Assembly (NCBI GenBank): GCA_049643405.1
Contig: JBARPX010000080.1
Coordinates: 1-62,546 of the forward strand
Source: Candidatus Zixiibacteriota bacterium
GTDB taxonomy: Bacteria; Zixibacteria; MSB-5A5; SM1-73
Reading direction: 5' to 3'
Length of the DNA: 62,546 nucleotides
The notes below the pieces were generated by a model. It had not been told where the DNA came from and searched no databases. It saw nothing but the letters and a program-made list of their open reading frames with translations. Below, in pieces: positions 46,973-57,369 of this stretch (positions are counted from its first letter, which is position 1; every line of letters starts with the position of its first letter). A program made the translations under genes and the position numbers.

Positions 46973-48057
46973 GATCTTTTCCCGGTCAGGACTACAACGT
47001 AACGATCGTTTGGCAAGGCCTCTTTGCGATGGTGCTCTACCAGCGCGATCAAGCCGGCAGTCGAAGCCGGCAGCACGTGCATCCCCTCCTTCTCTCGCAG
47101 CAGCTTGGAGAAGGTCAGCATGTTCTTGTCGGAGATGTAGGCCGCAAAACCTTTCGATTGCCGAATAGCCCCGAGAGCAACGTCGCCGTCGATAGAATGC
47201 CAGTTAACCAGAGGTTCGTTAACCTTGGTCTCATGGATGCGCTCCGGTCGAAGGTCCACGCATGTCGCGCTATTCTGAATGAGTGCCTGCACGATAGGAT
47301 TCTTCCTGAACGAAGAGCCAGCAACCATCCGGGGGATTCGGGAGGTTTTGCCGCGTCGGTAAAGGCTCAAGAATCCCTTGAAGATGCCGGCCAGAGTAGT
47401 ACCGTTGGATACCGGGACGCCCACCATAAAAGGCGCATCGCGCAACTCGTCATAGATTTCATAAGCGATTTCTCCATAGGCCCGCAGCTGCAGGGAAGTG
47501 TTCTCTCCACCGGGATTGGCATCATAGAACTCGTGTCTTTCGGCATCCTCTTTGGAGGTCTCTACTGCCCTCTCGTAGTCACCCGGCACTCGAACGATCT
47601 CCGCTCCCCGGTCGGTAATCTCCTTGATTCGTTTGGTCTGATAGTCTTGGGGGAGGTGAATCAAACACCGCAGCCCGGCGAGTGAAGCAGCCAGCGCCAT
47701 GGATGCACCGTAGTTTCCACAGGTAGCGACGGTAATGGTATCGAATCCTCTCCTCATGGCGTCCATGGCCTGGGCAAAAGCGATCCGATCCTTCTGCGTG
47801 CCGGTAGGATTGGCACCCTCGAATTTAAGGTAAATCTGTCGCAATCCCACCTCGCGTTCGATGTTGCGTGCCCGCCAAAGAGAAGTGTCTCCCACCTCCG
47901 AATCGATGATATCCTCGTAAGCCTCCTGCCGTTTCTCCAGGGGATATGTCTTGTCAGTTGCGATCCTACGCTGTTGCTTGATCTCCTCTGAGATCTCCAC
48001 TGCCTGACCTGAAGCTCCATCCATCAGGTCGTACGGAGTTTCAAGATCTGCGGACAT
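46969..48057 (-). CDS. fold-type II PLP-dependent enzyme (threonine synthase/cysteine synthase-like)
   Basis: AGGAGGG RBS. KFEGANPTGTQKDR (PLP-Lys motif), the ATCGNYGAS and VPVSNGTT(L)AG loops. Confidence 0.75.
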   Translation of the reverse strand: MSADLETPYDLMDGASGQAVEISEEIKQQRRIATDKTYPLEKRQEAYEDIIDSEVGDTSLWRARNIEREVGLRQIYLKFEGANPTGTQKDRIAFAQAMDAMRRGFDTITVATCGNYGASMALAASLAGLRCLIHLPQDYQTKRIKEITDRGAEIVRVPGDYERAVETSKEDAERHEFYDANPGGENTSLQLRAYGEIAYEIYDELRDAPFMVGVPVSNGTTLAGIFKGFLSLYRRGKTSRIPRMVAGSSFRKNPIVQALIQNSATCVDLRPERIHETKVNEPLVNWHSIDGDVALGAIRQSKGFAAYISDKNMLTFSKLLREKEGMHVLPASTAGLIALVEHHRKEALPNDRYVVVLTGKRS

Positions 48058-48207
48058 CCTGCTATCCCTCCTGTTTTAGGTCTTCTAAGGCTCTGATACG
48101 TTTGGACTGACCAAGTTAGAGAATGATTTCTCTCCCCGCAACCGGATTTTTGGCAGCGCCTCGGTCAGCCCGACCAGGACTTGCCTGGGGCTAAACCTCA
48201 GCTTTCA

Positions 48208-49032
48208 TCATTCTATCCGATAGACGATTCCCCAGGCTTTGAACTCGTATTCGGTGGTATCGCTGGCAAATGACTCCCGGCTGACTAAGTCCACAATGGC
48301 ATGATAATAGTGTTTTCCCGGCTTCGGGTCCTCAATGGTAGTCCAGCTTGCGGCGAAACTCCCCTCTCCCTCTCTGACGAACGGAATCTTCTGATACTCC
48401 TCTCCCTCCTTCACGTGAAGGAAGAGGGAATCAGTAGTATCAGCTGGCTCAACGATAAAGGTCACCTGCTTCCCCCTGCCGAACTCAATCGTACTGTCCT
48501 TGTTGACAAGCAGCACCATGCCGGGCTCGTAGATGAAGGTATCTATTCCTTCGGAGACAATCTGCAGCTCGTCAATCTCTCTTGAACCGTCTATCGAGAT
48601 GATTACGGTCCCGCTGACTCTTCTCAGCAGCCAGCCCAGGTTAGGATCGTTGATATTTCCCCACCTCTCGAAATAGGCTTTGGTTCGGGTTTTGAAGACA
48701 ATTGGCTTTTCGTGTGGATGTCCGCTCGAGTCGTAGTGGAGTTTACCAATTAGGCTATCACTCCATGTCAGGGTGATGTAATCAGGATCCGCCTCGAAAA
48801 GCTCCCCTTCTTCTATATCCGCCTGACTGGATATTATCTCCCGATAAAAGAATTGAGTATCCAACTCGGTACCAAAGAATCCTAAGCGAAATATGGTGGG
48901 ATACTGAGATATGATCGCCTTAACCGCGTCCCAGTCAGTAACCCCCGGGGTCACAGTTCTCTTCTCGCAACTCGCCTGAAACAGGCAAAGCACGAGCAAG
49001 CAAACCAGCAGGGCCAACAGAGCTCTTCTCAT
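48208..49032 (-). CDS. lipoprotein of unknown function (274 aa)
   Basis: The start overlaps the uvrB stop (ATGA). Lipobox LFQAS-C. No domain recognised. Confidence 0.7.
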   Translation of the reverse strand: MRRALLALLVCLLVLCLFQASCEKRTVTPGVTDWDAVKAIISQYPTIFRLGFFGTELDTQFFYREIISSQADIEEGELFEADPDYITLTWSDSLIGKLHYDSSGHPHEKPIVFKTRTKAYFERWGNINDPNLGWLLRRVSGTVIISIDGSREIDELQIVSEGIDTFIYEPGMVLLVNKDSTIEFGRGKQVTFIVEPADTTDSLFLHVKEGEEYQKIPFVREGEGSFAASWTTIEDPKPGKHYYHAIVDLVSRESFASDTTEYEFKAWGIVYRIE

Positions 49033-51053
49033 CTTCTCTTTCCTCTAAGAATGTTGGCTGTGCGGGTTCTTTTCCCGCTCTTTTTCAGCAGTTTAGAAAG
49101 CTCGTCTCTGAAAAAGGCTGCCTTCTCGAACTCCAGATTGGACGCCGCTTTCTTCATCGCCCGCTGAAGCTCCCTGATCTTATCCTCTAAAGAGAGCTTT
49201 TCCAAAAAGTCAAGCTTTTCTGCTTTTTCCGGGGTGGGGGTTCGTGAATCGGCGAAGGCGGTGGTCTTGAGAATCTCCTCTCTGGATTTGTATATGCCTT
49301 CCGGGGTGATGCCGTGCTTTTTGTTATACTCCTCCTGCTTTTTCCTTCTCCTGTCCGTCTCATCGATGGCTCTTCGCATGGAGTCGGTCACCTTATCTGC
49401 ATACATGATAACCTCGCCAGCCCGGTTTCGCGCGGCCCTGCCCGCCGTCTGGATGAGAGACGTCCCCGATCTTAAGAAACCCTCCTTATCGGCATCCAGG
49501 ATCGCCACCAGCGACACCTCCGGTAGATCCAGCCCCTCCCGCAGCAGATTGATTCCCACCAAAACGTCAAACTCCGCCAATCTTAAATCTCTTAAGATAT
49601 CCACCCGGTCGATGGCGTCGATCTCCGAGTGGAGATAGCGCACCTTCACATCCATCTGGGCCAAGTAATCTGCCAGGTCCTCAGCCATTCTTTTAGTCAG
49701 GGTGGTGACTAAGATCCTTTCCTTCTTTTCAGCTCTTACCCTGATCTCCTCCAGCAGATCGTCCACCTGATTGGATGAGGGCTTGACCGTGATTTTCGGA
49801 TCGACTAAGCCGGTGGGCCGGATCACCTGCTCCACCACCACGCCTTTGCACCTCTCAAGTTCGAACTCAGCCGGCGTGGCGGAGACGAAGATCACCTGAT
49901 CAATCATGGAGTCGAATTCGTCGAAAAATAAAGGCCGGTTGTCCAGCGCGGAGGGAAGCCTGAAGCCGTACTCCACCAGCACCTCTTTTCTGGACCTGTC
50001 CCCGGCATACATCCCTCTGATCTGGGGAACGGTCTGATGGGACTCATCGATTATGATCAGAAAGTCTTTGGGGAAGAAATCCAAAAGGACGTAGGGCCGC
50101 TCACCCGGCTTCCTTCCGGAGAGATGGCGGGAGTAGTTCTCGATTCCGGTGCAGTAGCCGATCTCCCGCATCATCTCGATGTCAAAGCGGGTGCGCGATT
50201 CTATCCTCTGCGCCTCTAGGAGCTTCCCCTGAGATCTGAAATAGGAGAGCCTCTCTTCAAGCTCAATCTCGATATCCTTGATAGCCCTTTCCAACTGGGG
50301 AAAAGTGGTTACGAAGAGTTTGGCAGGATAGATGGCAACTCTCTTCTTTTCCTCTAATATCTCGCCTTTAAGCGTATCGACCACCGAGATTTTCTCTACG
50401 GTATCGCCGAAAAGCTCCAACCTGATGGCGGTCTCTTCGTAGGCTGGATGAATCTCTATCGTGTCCCCTCTGACTCTAAACGTCCCCCTTGCAAATTCGA
50501 TGTCATTGCGTGAATAGTGAATGTCTATTAAGTCCTTCAGAATCTGATCCCGTTCCTTTTCCTGCCCCACCTCAAGGAAGAGTAATAACTCCTTCCAGTC
50601 CTTGGGAGAGCCGATGCCGTAGATGCAGGAGACGCTGGCCACAATCACCACGTCATCCCTTTCCAGAAGGGAGCTGGTGGCTCTTAAGCGTAATCGGTCA
50701 ATGTCGTCATTAACCGAGGTATCCTTCTCTATGTAGGTGTCGCTGGCTGGGACGTACGCTTCCGGCTGATAGTAGTCGTAGTAGCTTATGAAAAACTCCA
50801 CCGCGTCGTGAGGAAAGAAGCCTTTCAGCTCGCCGTAGAGCTGGGCTGCCAGGGTCTTGTTGTGTGAGATGACGATGGCGGGCTTGCCCGCATTGGCGAT
50901 AACGTTCGCCATGGTGAAGGTCTTACCCGATCCGGTCACCCCCAGCAGGGTTTGGTACTTCCTACCCTGCTTCAATCCCTCAGTCAGTTCTGCGATTGCC
51001 CTGGGCTGATCGCCTTTGGGTTTGTAGCTGGAGACTAATTGAAATTCTGCCAT
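49029..51053 (-). CDS. uvrB: excinuclease ABC subunit B
   Basis: [20 protein letters not shown].., [24 protein letters not shown], helicase motifs and a C-terminal UVR domain (..[13 protein letters not shown]). The ORF-track start at 51230 is an unsupported extension. Confidence 0.9.
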   Translation of the reverse strand: MAEFQLVSSYKPKGDQPRAIAELTEGLKQGRKYQTLLGVTGSGKTFTMANVIANAGKPAIVISHNKTLAAQLYGELKGFFPHDAVEFFISYYDYYQPEAYVPASDTYIEKDTSVNDDIDRLRLRATSSLLERDDVVIVASVSCIYGIGSPKDWKELLLFLEVGQEKERDQILKDLIDIHYSRNDIEFARGTFRVRGDTIEIHPAYEETAIRLELFGDTVEKISVVDTLKGEILEEKKRVAIYPAKLFVTTFPQLERAIKDIEIELEERLSYFRSQGKLLEAQRIESRTRFDIEMMREIGYCTGIENYSRHLSGRKPGERPYVLLDFFPKDFLIIIDESHQTVPQIRGMYAGDRSRKEVLVEYGFRLPSALDNRPLFFDEFDSMIDQVIFVSATPAEFELERCKGVVVEQVIRPTGLVDPKITVKPSSNQVDDLLEEIRVRAEKKERILVTTLTKRMAEDLADYLAQMDVKVRYLHSEIDAIDRVDILRDLRLAEFDVLVGINLLREGLDLPEVSLVAILDADKEGFLRSGTSLIQTAGRAARNRAGEVIMYADKVTDSMRRAIDETDRRRKKQEEYNKKHGITPEGIYKSREEILKTTAFADSRTPTPEKAEKLDFLEKLSLEDKIRELQRAMKKAASNLEFEKAAFFRDELSKLLKKSGKRTRTANILRGKRR

Positions 51054-51246
51054 TTTCTTAAAGTCTACAGTCCGCCGACCGCCGTCGGCAGCCGATTCTG
51101 TTGGATGATCATCACCGATTATATTACGGGAAGAAGCCGCCAGGTCAAGGTAAAAAAAGAAGCCCTTTTCAAATCCGATCGAAAAGGGCCTCTTGAGAAT
51201 AATGGGTGAGAATGTCCGCTCATCCAACACCCGTCGGGATATGCCT

Positions 51247-54200
51247 CTATTTCAGTGGAGCGCCACAAGGGGTGGGCGGAGAGAGTTTCTGTTTCTGCCC
51301 ATCCGGCCTGGCAAACCTGGGGGCTGGAACCGGTGGAGGGCCACCCCTGTAAAGATAGTTGATCAAAAAGATCACATCTCCGATGTCGGTAATTTCATCT
51401 CTGTTGACATCACCTAATATTTGAATGTAGGGGGCAGGTCCATTCTTGTACAGGTAGTTGATCAAATAAACGACGTCCCCGATGTCAATTACCCTATCTA
51501 AGTTCACGTCTCCTAAGAGATAAGCCTGAGAAAAGTTCACCAAGCCCAAGGATGGAACGTCGGATTGGTGAAAGATCTCTTGCTCAATCTGTGCGACGGT
51601 CGAAGTTCCCCAGTAGTTGTAAGTGGCATCGATGTCATCGTTGCAGTATTCTAAGTAGAGCTCGGAGCTGTCGTTATCATAGATGAGGTTGTAGAGGGCG
51701 GAGTCACCGCCGATGGTGACCAGCACATCCTCCGTTGTGTCCACGGCGGACTCATTCAACACTATCCCCAGCCAGTTGTTGACTATCTGGTTGTTGGTGA
51801 GATTTCCTCTCACATCTCCCGCTCCCCAATCCGTGTAATTGGAGATATAGAAACCCAGTGCCTGGGGCTGGTTCTGGCCATCGAATAGGTTACCATCTAC
51901 GGTGTTGAAGCCACTCCCCAGCCCATACATCACCATCCCATACCTGCAGCCCAGGATAGTATCGTTAGAGGTGCTCACTTCCGCGTTAATTGCGATGGTT
52001 TGAATACCTTGATTCGAATCGGTGATCTTGTTGTTTACCAGATATGTGGGCTGATCGTTTCCGTTAACCCCAATTCCTAACTCACAGCTGTCAACCGAAT
52101 TGAAGCTCACCTCTCCGTCCGAGCCATTCTGCAAGAATATTCCATAGGAAGCTACTCCGATCCGGTTATTTGTGATCGTTCCGCTTGCATCCCACAGCAT
52201 GATTCCGGCGGATTGCATTGAGACACCGGCGGCATTGTATACGGTGTTGTCGGTAATTTCAATGCCTGAAACAGAGCTCTGGGCTGAAGGATAGATAGCC
52301 CTCAGATAAACGTTGTTCACAGAGCAGTTCCTTACCTTCAGATTGTCCCAGTCGCCCAGTGTATGATTGGAGATGATCCCGTTGCGAGCGTCCAGAGTGC
52401 CGACGGGTGTCAGAGTGGGGTTGTCTCCATCAAAGGTGAGTCCGTCAATAAGGACGTTATCTGCTTGCACTACCACCATCTGTGAACCCTGGAACGAGGG
52501 GCCTGAAGGTGGGCCCACGTTGGAAGAATCGGTATAGACCAAAACCGAGTCCCGACCTTCTCCCAGCAGAGCCAGCCCTTTGTCGATCACTATATTCTCG
52601 ACATATGTGCCCGGCAATACCCTCACCGAATCTGCTTCACTGGCAAAGTCAATCCCCTCCTGGATCGCGCCCGTGGTATCCACGAGATAGATCATGGGAG
52701 TTGTGCCTACCGCATATCCCAGCCAGGGACTGTAAGCCACATTTTGAGTTATCGCATCCCCAGCGCCAAAGTTCTTGCCACCGCTGGCTACCAGCTCGGC
52801 CTTTCTGCCGAATCTCATGTCAACATTTTCCTCGGGGGTGGATGGCAGAGCCGATACATTCTCGCTGGCAAACTTTCCACCAGTCGCAGGACCCCAGTAG
52901 TCTCCCCACCAGTTAGCAGAGGCATTCAGAGAGCTCGCCTCCTGGTTTACCGCCCCATATTTGACGTTCCCGGCAATGTCATTCCGATTGATCTGAGCTT
53001 GAGCGGCTGATCCGTCCTCGACCCAGACACCATAATCGTTGTCGTGAATATGAGAATTCGTCACGGCGATAGTGGTGGGCACGCCGTAACCGTAGCACAT
53101 TATGCCAACTGAAGCCCACTCAGGATCAGGGTGGAGGTTCCGACTGTTGAAAACCTCGGTATTACTTACCTCGACAGTTGCACCATAATCGGCCTCAACT
53201 GCGTTGGTAAGCCTAAGGGAATCGTCGAGCACCGGAGCTTCCACCACGCAGTCTGTGATTTGTCCCGAAGCGCTAGCCCCATAGTAGAAGATTCCAGCCT
53301 TGCCGAAGCTTCGGACGGTGTCCTGGGTGAGGTGGAAGACAGAGTTTCCCCAGATTCCTATGGCACAGCCATTGGACCACTCGGTGACGTTGTTCGGGGA
53401 AATAACACCTTCAGTGAAAGTGCCTCTTGTATCCTCGACGATAACTCCATACCTGGGAGTGCCGGACGGGGGTCCCTGTACTTCTATTCCTGTTAGATTT
53501 ACGCCTAGAGACCTTTTGAGAAAGACTATCGTCGTTCGGTCTCCGTAAGCTGTCGATACTGTCTGATTGCCGGTCACTACCGCGCCACTTTGCCCCTCGA
53601 CACTCAACGATTTCGAATCCACAGTGAATGGTGCGTAAGTGCCAGCGGCCACGTTGATGACATCGCTGCCAGAAGCTACATCAACGGCGTCCTGGATGGA
53701 GTCGTCCGTGCCCCAGGTCATCGGACTCGTGCCCACTGGGACGCCAAGCCAGGGACTATAGTCAGCCGTGGCATTGCAGCTGTTGTTGCCATCTACTCCA
53801 GGTGCACCAATTCCCCCACCGCCCCAGTAGTTATATCTAACATCAAGGGCCGCAGTGCACCCTCCGCCAAATCCCGCGGAATTTCCATAGATGTCATTAT
53901 AGTTAACGGTGATTCCGGTTATGTCGTTGTCGTGTTTCTCTACTCCGGTTCCACTGGCGGTAATTGTGTTATGGTGGACATTGACTCCTGTTGCTCCAGC
54001 CCGTAAAGCTATCGCTCCATATGTAACGTTGGAAATCTGGTTGTAGCTGACCGTGCTGTTATCGGCAGCTTGATCCACCCAGATTCCGTCCGAACCACCG
54101 CCATCAACGAGATTGTAGCTGATGTCCACTTGAGAACCACCCCAGAATCTTATAGGCGTGTGGCCCGAACCAGTAATAGTGTTGTGAAGGATTTGATTCC

Positions 54201-54894
54201 TGTCACCCACATGGTTGAGGGCCATTATGCCCATATACTGGCTATTCAAGATGTGGTTATGCTCGATGGTGACATCGTCATTCCCTACGGTCCAAATCCC
54301 CCCGCCCTGCCAGTCAGGAGACGTAGTACCACTGATCGTGTTGTAACCTATGTAGGCGAAGTCACACTGGTTGTAGACAGGTCCTGCTGCTATTCCGTGG
54401 AGGTGGATGGCACCCCAGTGCCCATCAGCGTTTAGCGAGATATTGTAGCTGATGTTCACATACCAGGCATGATCATAGCCCACGTTTATGGGGTAGCCGG
54501 TCTTGAAGCCATTCACCGTGACATAGTCGGCGGTAATCATGATCGTACTGGTTATCAGAGACTCGTCAATGTCACCAGCGCCTCCTCTGGTGGTTGCTCC
54601 AGCCGGATCAATGTTGTACTGCGCACCACGTACCTCGATGTTTGCCGCCGCGACGGTAAAGCCTGCATAGGTGCCCGCTGCCACGTTGATGACATCGCCG
54701 GACGTAGCATCGTCAATCGCATCTTGAATGTTGCAATACACTATCGAATATGGATCAGGTTGTCCAGAGCCGGATACGCAGGCTGGGTCGTTGACATCTA
54801 CATTGATTGTTCCCGCCCACACCGATCCAACCAACAGAAACAGCATGCCTGCCGACAGGCAAATTGTCCCTTTAATCGTTCTCTTTAAGTTCAT
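51247..54894 (-). CDS. 1215-aa secreted right-handed beta-helix (PbH1-repeat) protein with a dockerin-like C-terminal module
   Basis: GAAGGGGAAGAG RBS and signal peptide. Many N.I..N/G-type beta-helix turns and repeated [12 protein letters not shown] segments. Tail [53 protein letters not shown] plus a 27-aa Pro-rich extension. Confidence 0.85.
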   Translation of the reverse strand: MNLKRTIKGTICLSAGMLFLLVGSVWAGTINVDVNDPACVSGSGQPDPYSIVYCNIQDAIDDATSGDVINVAAGTYAGFTVAAANIEVRGAQYNIDPAGATTRGGAGDIDESLITSTIMITADYVTVNGFKTGYPINVGYDHAWYVNISYNISLNADGHWGAIHLHGIAAGPVYNQCDFAYIGYNTISGTTSPDWQGGGIWTVGNDDVTIEHNHILNSQYMGIMALNHVGDRNQILHNTITGSGHTPIRFWGGSQVDISYNLVDGGGSDGIWVDQAADNSTVSYNQISNVTYGAIALRAGATGVNVHHNTITASGTGVEKHDNDITGITVNYNDIYGNSAGFGGGCTAALDVRYNYWGGGGIGAPGVDGNNSCNATADYSPWLGVPVGTSPMTWGTDDSIQDAVDVASGSDVINVAAGTYAPFTVDSKSLSVEGQSGAVVTGNQTVSTAYGDRTTIVFLKRSLGVNLTGIEVQGPPSGTPRYGVIVEDTRGTFTEGVISPNNVTEWSNGCAIGIWGNSVFHLTQDTVRSFGKAGIFYYGASASGQITDCVVEAPVLDDSLRLTNAVEADYGATVEVSNTEVFNSRNLHPDPEWASVGIMCYGYGVPTTIAVTNSHIHDNDYGVWVEDGSAAQAQINRNDIAGNVKYGAVNQEASSLNASANWWGDYWGPATGGKFASENVSALPSTPEENVDMRFGRKAELVASGGKNFGAGDAITQNVAYSPWLGYAVGTTPMIYLVDTTGAIQEGIDFASEADSVRVLPGTYVENIVIDKGLALLGEGRDSVLVYTDSSNVGPPSGPSFQGSQMVVVQADNVLIDGLTFDGDNPTLTPVGTLDARNGIISNHTLGDWDNLKVRNCSVNNVYLRAIYPSAQSSVSGIEITDNTVYNAAGVSMQSAGIMLWDASGTITNNRIGVASYGIFLQNGSDGEVSFNSVDSCELGIGVNGNDQPTYLVNNKITDSNQGIQTIAINAEVSTSNDTILGCRYGMVMYGLGSGFNTVDGNLFDGQNQPQALGFYISNYTDWGAGDVRGNLTNNQIVNNWLGIVLNESAVDTTEDVLVTIGGDSALYNLIYDNDSSELYLEYCNDDIDATYNYWGTSTVAQIEQEIFHQSDVPSLGLVNFSQAYLLGDVNLDRVIDIGDVVYLINYLYKNGPAPYIQILGDVNRDEITDIGDVIFLINYLYRGGPPPVPAPRFARPDGQKQKLSPPTPCGAPLK

Positions 54895-55258
54895 GACTCT
54901 TCCCCTTCAATGAAAAAAGATTCACTCCCCGGTTTACACAGCTATAAAACCCAATTGCTACGACATCACCTCCTTTATTCTTATAGATCTCAGAAAAACG
55001 GAAGGTTAAATTAGTGCTTGGCAAGTTCAATTTGGAACCAACTCCTCTGATTAGGGAATACAGCCTTATTGCGGTTAGTTGCGGGAAAACGAACGGTTCC
55101 TCTTTTGCCACAGAAAGGAACAGACTTGTGCATTCGTTGTGATGGGGGAAACGAAATCTTTTGATCACCATAGGATAACCAAGAGCCCGTGTCTTATGCG
55201 TAAAACTACTATTTACATAGTTAGGTAAGCCCCTGTAGTGCCTTACCTCATGGCTAAT

Positions 55259-55287
55259 AATATAAGGCAATGCCTTATATATGTCAA
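55259..55287 (-). promoter_or_regulatory. near-consensus sigma70 promoter P1 (TTGACA-17-TATATT) with an embedded 21-bp perfect palindrome
   Basis: Minus-strand TTGACA at 55282-55287 and TATATT at 55259-55264. The palindrome atataaggca-a-tgccttatat at 55260-55280 fills the spacer and -10. An A-tract lies upstream. It sits about 365 nt upstream of the beta-helix gene start. Confidence 0.5.
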
Positions 55288-56286
55288 GCCTTTTTTTGCC
55301 GTTATTTGAAAATAATCTAGTTCCACAAGAACCGCGAACGACATATGTTAACCCATTGAACTATACTGGGTTTGGTCATTACGGTGGCCACACAAAAGCA
55401 TCGCTTGATTATTTGGTGCGGCTTGTCCCATAGTCGCAGTTCTCTGATTTTATTGTATTCTGATCTGCCTTATTTTGGAGGAGAAAAATACAGGATAGAT
55501 ACGGTCATCAATACCAAATATCTCAGTCCAAATGATGTTAGTGATTAGGATGAGATGGTTGGGTGTCGGTCATCCGCAGGGTGATAATTCCTGTGTTCTT
55601 GCGCTAGGGGCAGGGGTGAAGATGCGCTGGCAGGTCATCCCAGGTCGATTACTGCATTCATGATCACTGGAATGGTTCAGGCTTTCATTCCAAGTTCATG
55701 TTACGTCAAGAAGTCAGGACATCAAGGCAGGAAGGTCCTCAGCCTTTGGAGAAGACTGAGGGGAAATGGTTCCCTCTCCCCTGGTGTGAACCAGCCGGTT
55801 CATACTTTGATGGAAGAGGCTAAGGGTGGCTGAGCATCGTTCCCCTGTTTCCCCTGCCTTGCAGGCGATTCCCAATCTGAAGTTCTCCCACCAGAGGAGA
55901 GAGGGGAAGGGTTTATATCAGAAGGGAACCAGAACCCTTCCCCTTGTTGCGGGGCTAATCTTTTCCTACTGAGATTACCGGGTCTCTATCTACGGTCAGA
56001 TACCTTTCGGTTGGATAACCAGTGGCGCGGGCGAGTCGCACCCGGCAAGCTCAAAATGATGTATGACTCCTTTATGAGAAGACAGACCTCTCATTCGCTC
56101 ACGACCTGAACTGTCAGTACTCAGAGATTGCTTAGCTGTGCTCGCAGCAACATTGTGTCTTCCTTAAGGCGATCAATAGCAAGGCGCCGTAAGCCTCCTC
56201 AATTAGGCGGGCAGGAAACAACTCCGTCGCGAAATCCGGCGTTTTTAATGTCGGCAACGTTGAAAGAACCAACAAACTAACGTTGT

Positions 56287-56315
56287 AATATACAACATTC
56301 TCCCTCAGAAGTCAA
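56287..56315 (-). promoter_or_regulatory. near-consensus sigma70 promoter P2 (TTGACT-17-TATATT), paralogous to P1
   Basis: Minus-strand TTGACT at 56310-56315 and TATATT at 56287-56292. The upstream aacggcatcaaaaaaagc matches aacggcaaaaaaaggc of P1. Confidence 0.45.
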
Positions 56316-56566
56316 GCTTTTTTTGATGCCGTTCTCACCATTAATCGGATTCAGCGTCACTGACTCCACAGTCATGCACGTCGGTCAAACCCCTAATCGC
56401 CCGATAGTCGACAGCACCAGGGTGTCTTCATTGCGAACGGAGCCAGCAGGTCGGATACGTAACGCCGGTGGTGGGACTATCGGACCTCTTCTTTGTCTTT
56501 CCTTGCCCGAAGGGCTTGGCCATTTCGGACTTACCATTGCCGCCGCTACAAGTCAAGGTTTTTTGA

Positions 56567-56595
56567 TTGACTACGTCCTCAGTTTTGGTTAAATT
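56567..56595 (+). promoter_or_regulatory. sigma70-like promoter (TTGACT-17-TAAATT) for the permease gene
   Basis: TTGACT at 56567-56572 and TAAATT at 56590-56595, about 40 nt upstream of the ATG at 56635. Confidence 0.4.
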
Positions 56596-56634
56596 CACCT
56601 GACGAACGCAGATCAAATCCTTCGGAGGTATGTC

Positions 56635-57129
56635 ATGAATGCTGCGACAATCGTGATGATTGCTATCGCTTTGGTTTTGTTGTTGGTGGCTTTCCTGCAA
56701 GGGGATAATCTTCATATCCTGGGATTGAAAAAGGGCGGGAACATGCTGGTTCAGGTTCTGCCGCTACTGATCGCAGCCTTCGTGATTGCAGGGATGGTGC
56801 AGGTTCTTGTTCCGAAAGAATTGATAGCAAGGTGGCTGGGGCCGGAGTCTGGGTTCAAAGGGATTCTGCTCGGATCGCTGGCAGGTGGGTTGACGCCGGG
56901 AGGGCCCATCGTGAACTTCCCCATAGTAGCCTCGATATATAAAGCGGGTGCTGGCATTGGAACAGTGGTCGCCTATGTGACTGCCTGGTCGCTCGTGTCG
57001 GTTGTGCGATTTCCTTTAGAGGTAAGCCTGATCAGCCCCAAGTTTGCTCTTATCAGGCTGGCATGTACCTTCTTCTTCCCGCCGATCGCGGGAGTAATCG
57101 CGTGGCTTCTCTTCTCCAAGGTGGCGTGA
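56635..57129 (+). CDS. small permease (half-size, DUF318/ArsP-like), tentative
   Basis: GGAGG RBS and 4-5 TM helices. The GGLTPGGP and AGAGIGTVVAYVTAWSL motifs resemble predicted-permease families. Confidence 0.55.
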   Translation: MNAATIVMIAIALVLLLVAFLQGDNLHILGLKKGGNMLVQVLPLLIAAFVIAGMVQVLVPKELIARWLGPESGFKGILLGSLAGGLTPGGPIVNFPIVASIYKAGAGIGTVVAYVTAWSLVSVVRFPLEVSLISPKFALIRLACTFFFPPIAGVIAWLLFSKVA

Positions 57130-57369
57130 GCAAAACGGATTCGGGCGAATGCAAGGTCCGCCCCTGCGCGGTTTTGTGGTCTTTGTGCTCGATGACCATA
57201 CAGTCCCCCAGACGGGCCCGTCCGGGCGTCTGGGAATCGAGCAACTACGACTTCCCTTATGCATGAAAATTCCCTCAAAATCTCTTTGAATTAAGCCCGC
57301 GTTTCTTATATTCTCTTTGCCCGAAAAGGAGACGTATAGTCCTACTGAACATTGCCCGGTTTTGAAGCC

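Noticed and set aside
54872-55270. 132-aa minus-strand ORF overlapping the start of the beta-helix gene
   Set aside because: Its start codon lies inside the spacer of promoter P1, so it could not be on that transcript. It overlaps the RBS-supported start at 54894 out of frame, and no motif is recognised.
55700-55800. Cobalamin-riboswitch-like strings (gaggggaaatggtt, ggtgtgaacc, agtcaggac..gcagg)
   Set aside because: The order of the elements is wrong for the B12 consensus. The ..CCCGC.ACTGT.. core is absent and no downstream transporter or cob gene lies in the right orientation.
56428-56715. Minus-strand ORF containing LTCSGGNGKSEMAK, which I considered as a Walker-A relic of a P4-type primase or P-loop ATPase gene (a possible mobile-element remnant)
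   Set aside because: Only about 8 residues resemble a P-loop and the flanking sequence shows nothing further. The ORF also runs antisense across the permease promoter and start. The question is left unresolved; blastx could revisit it.
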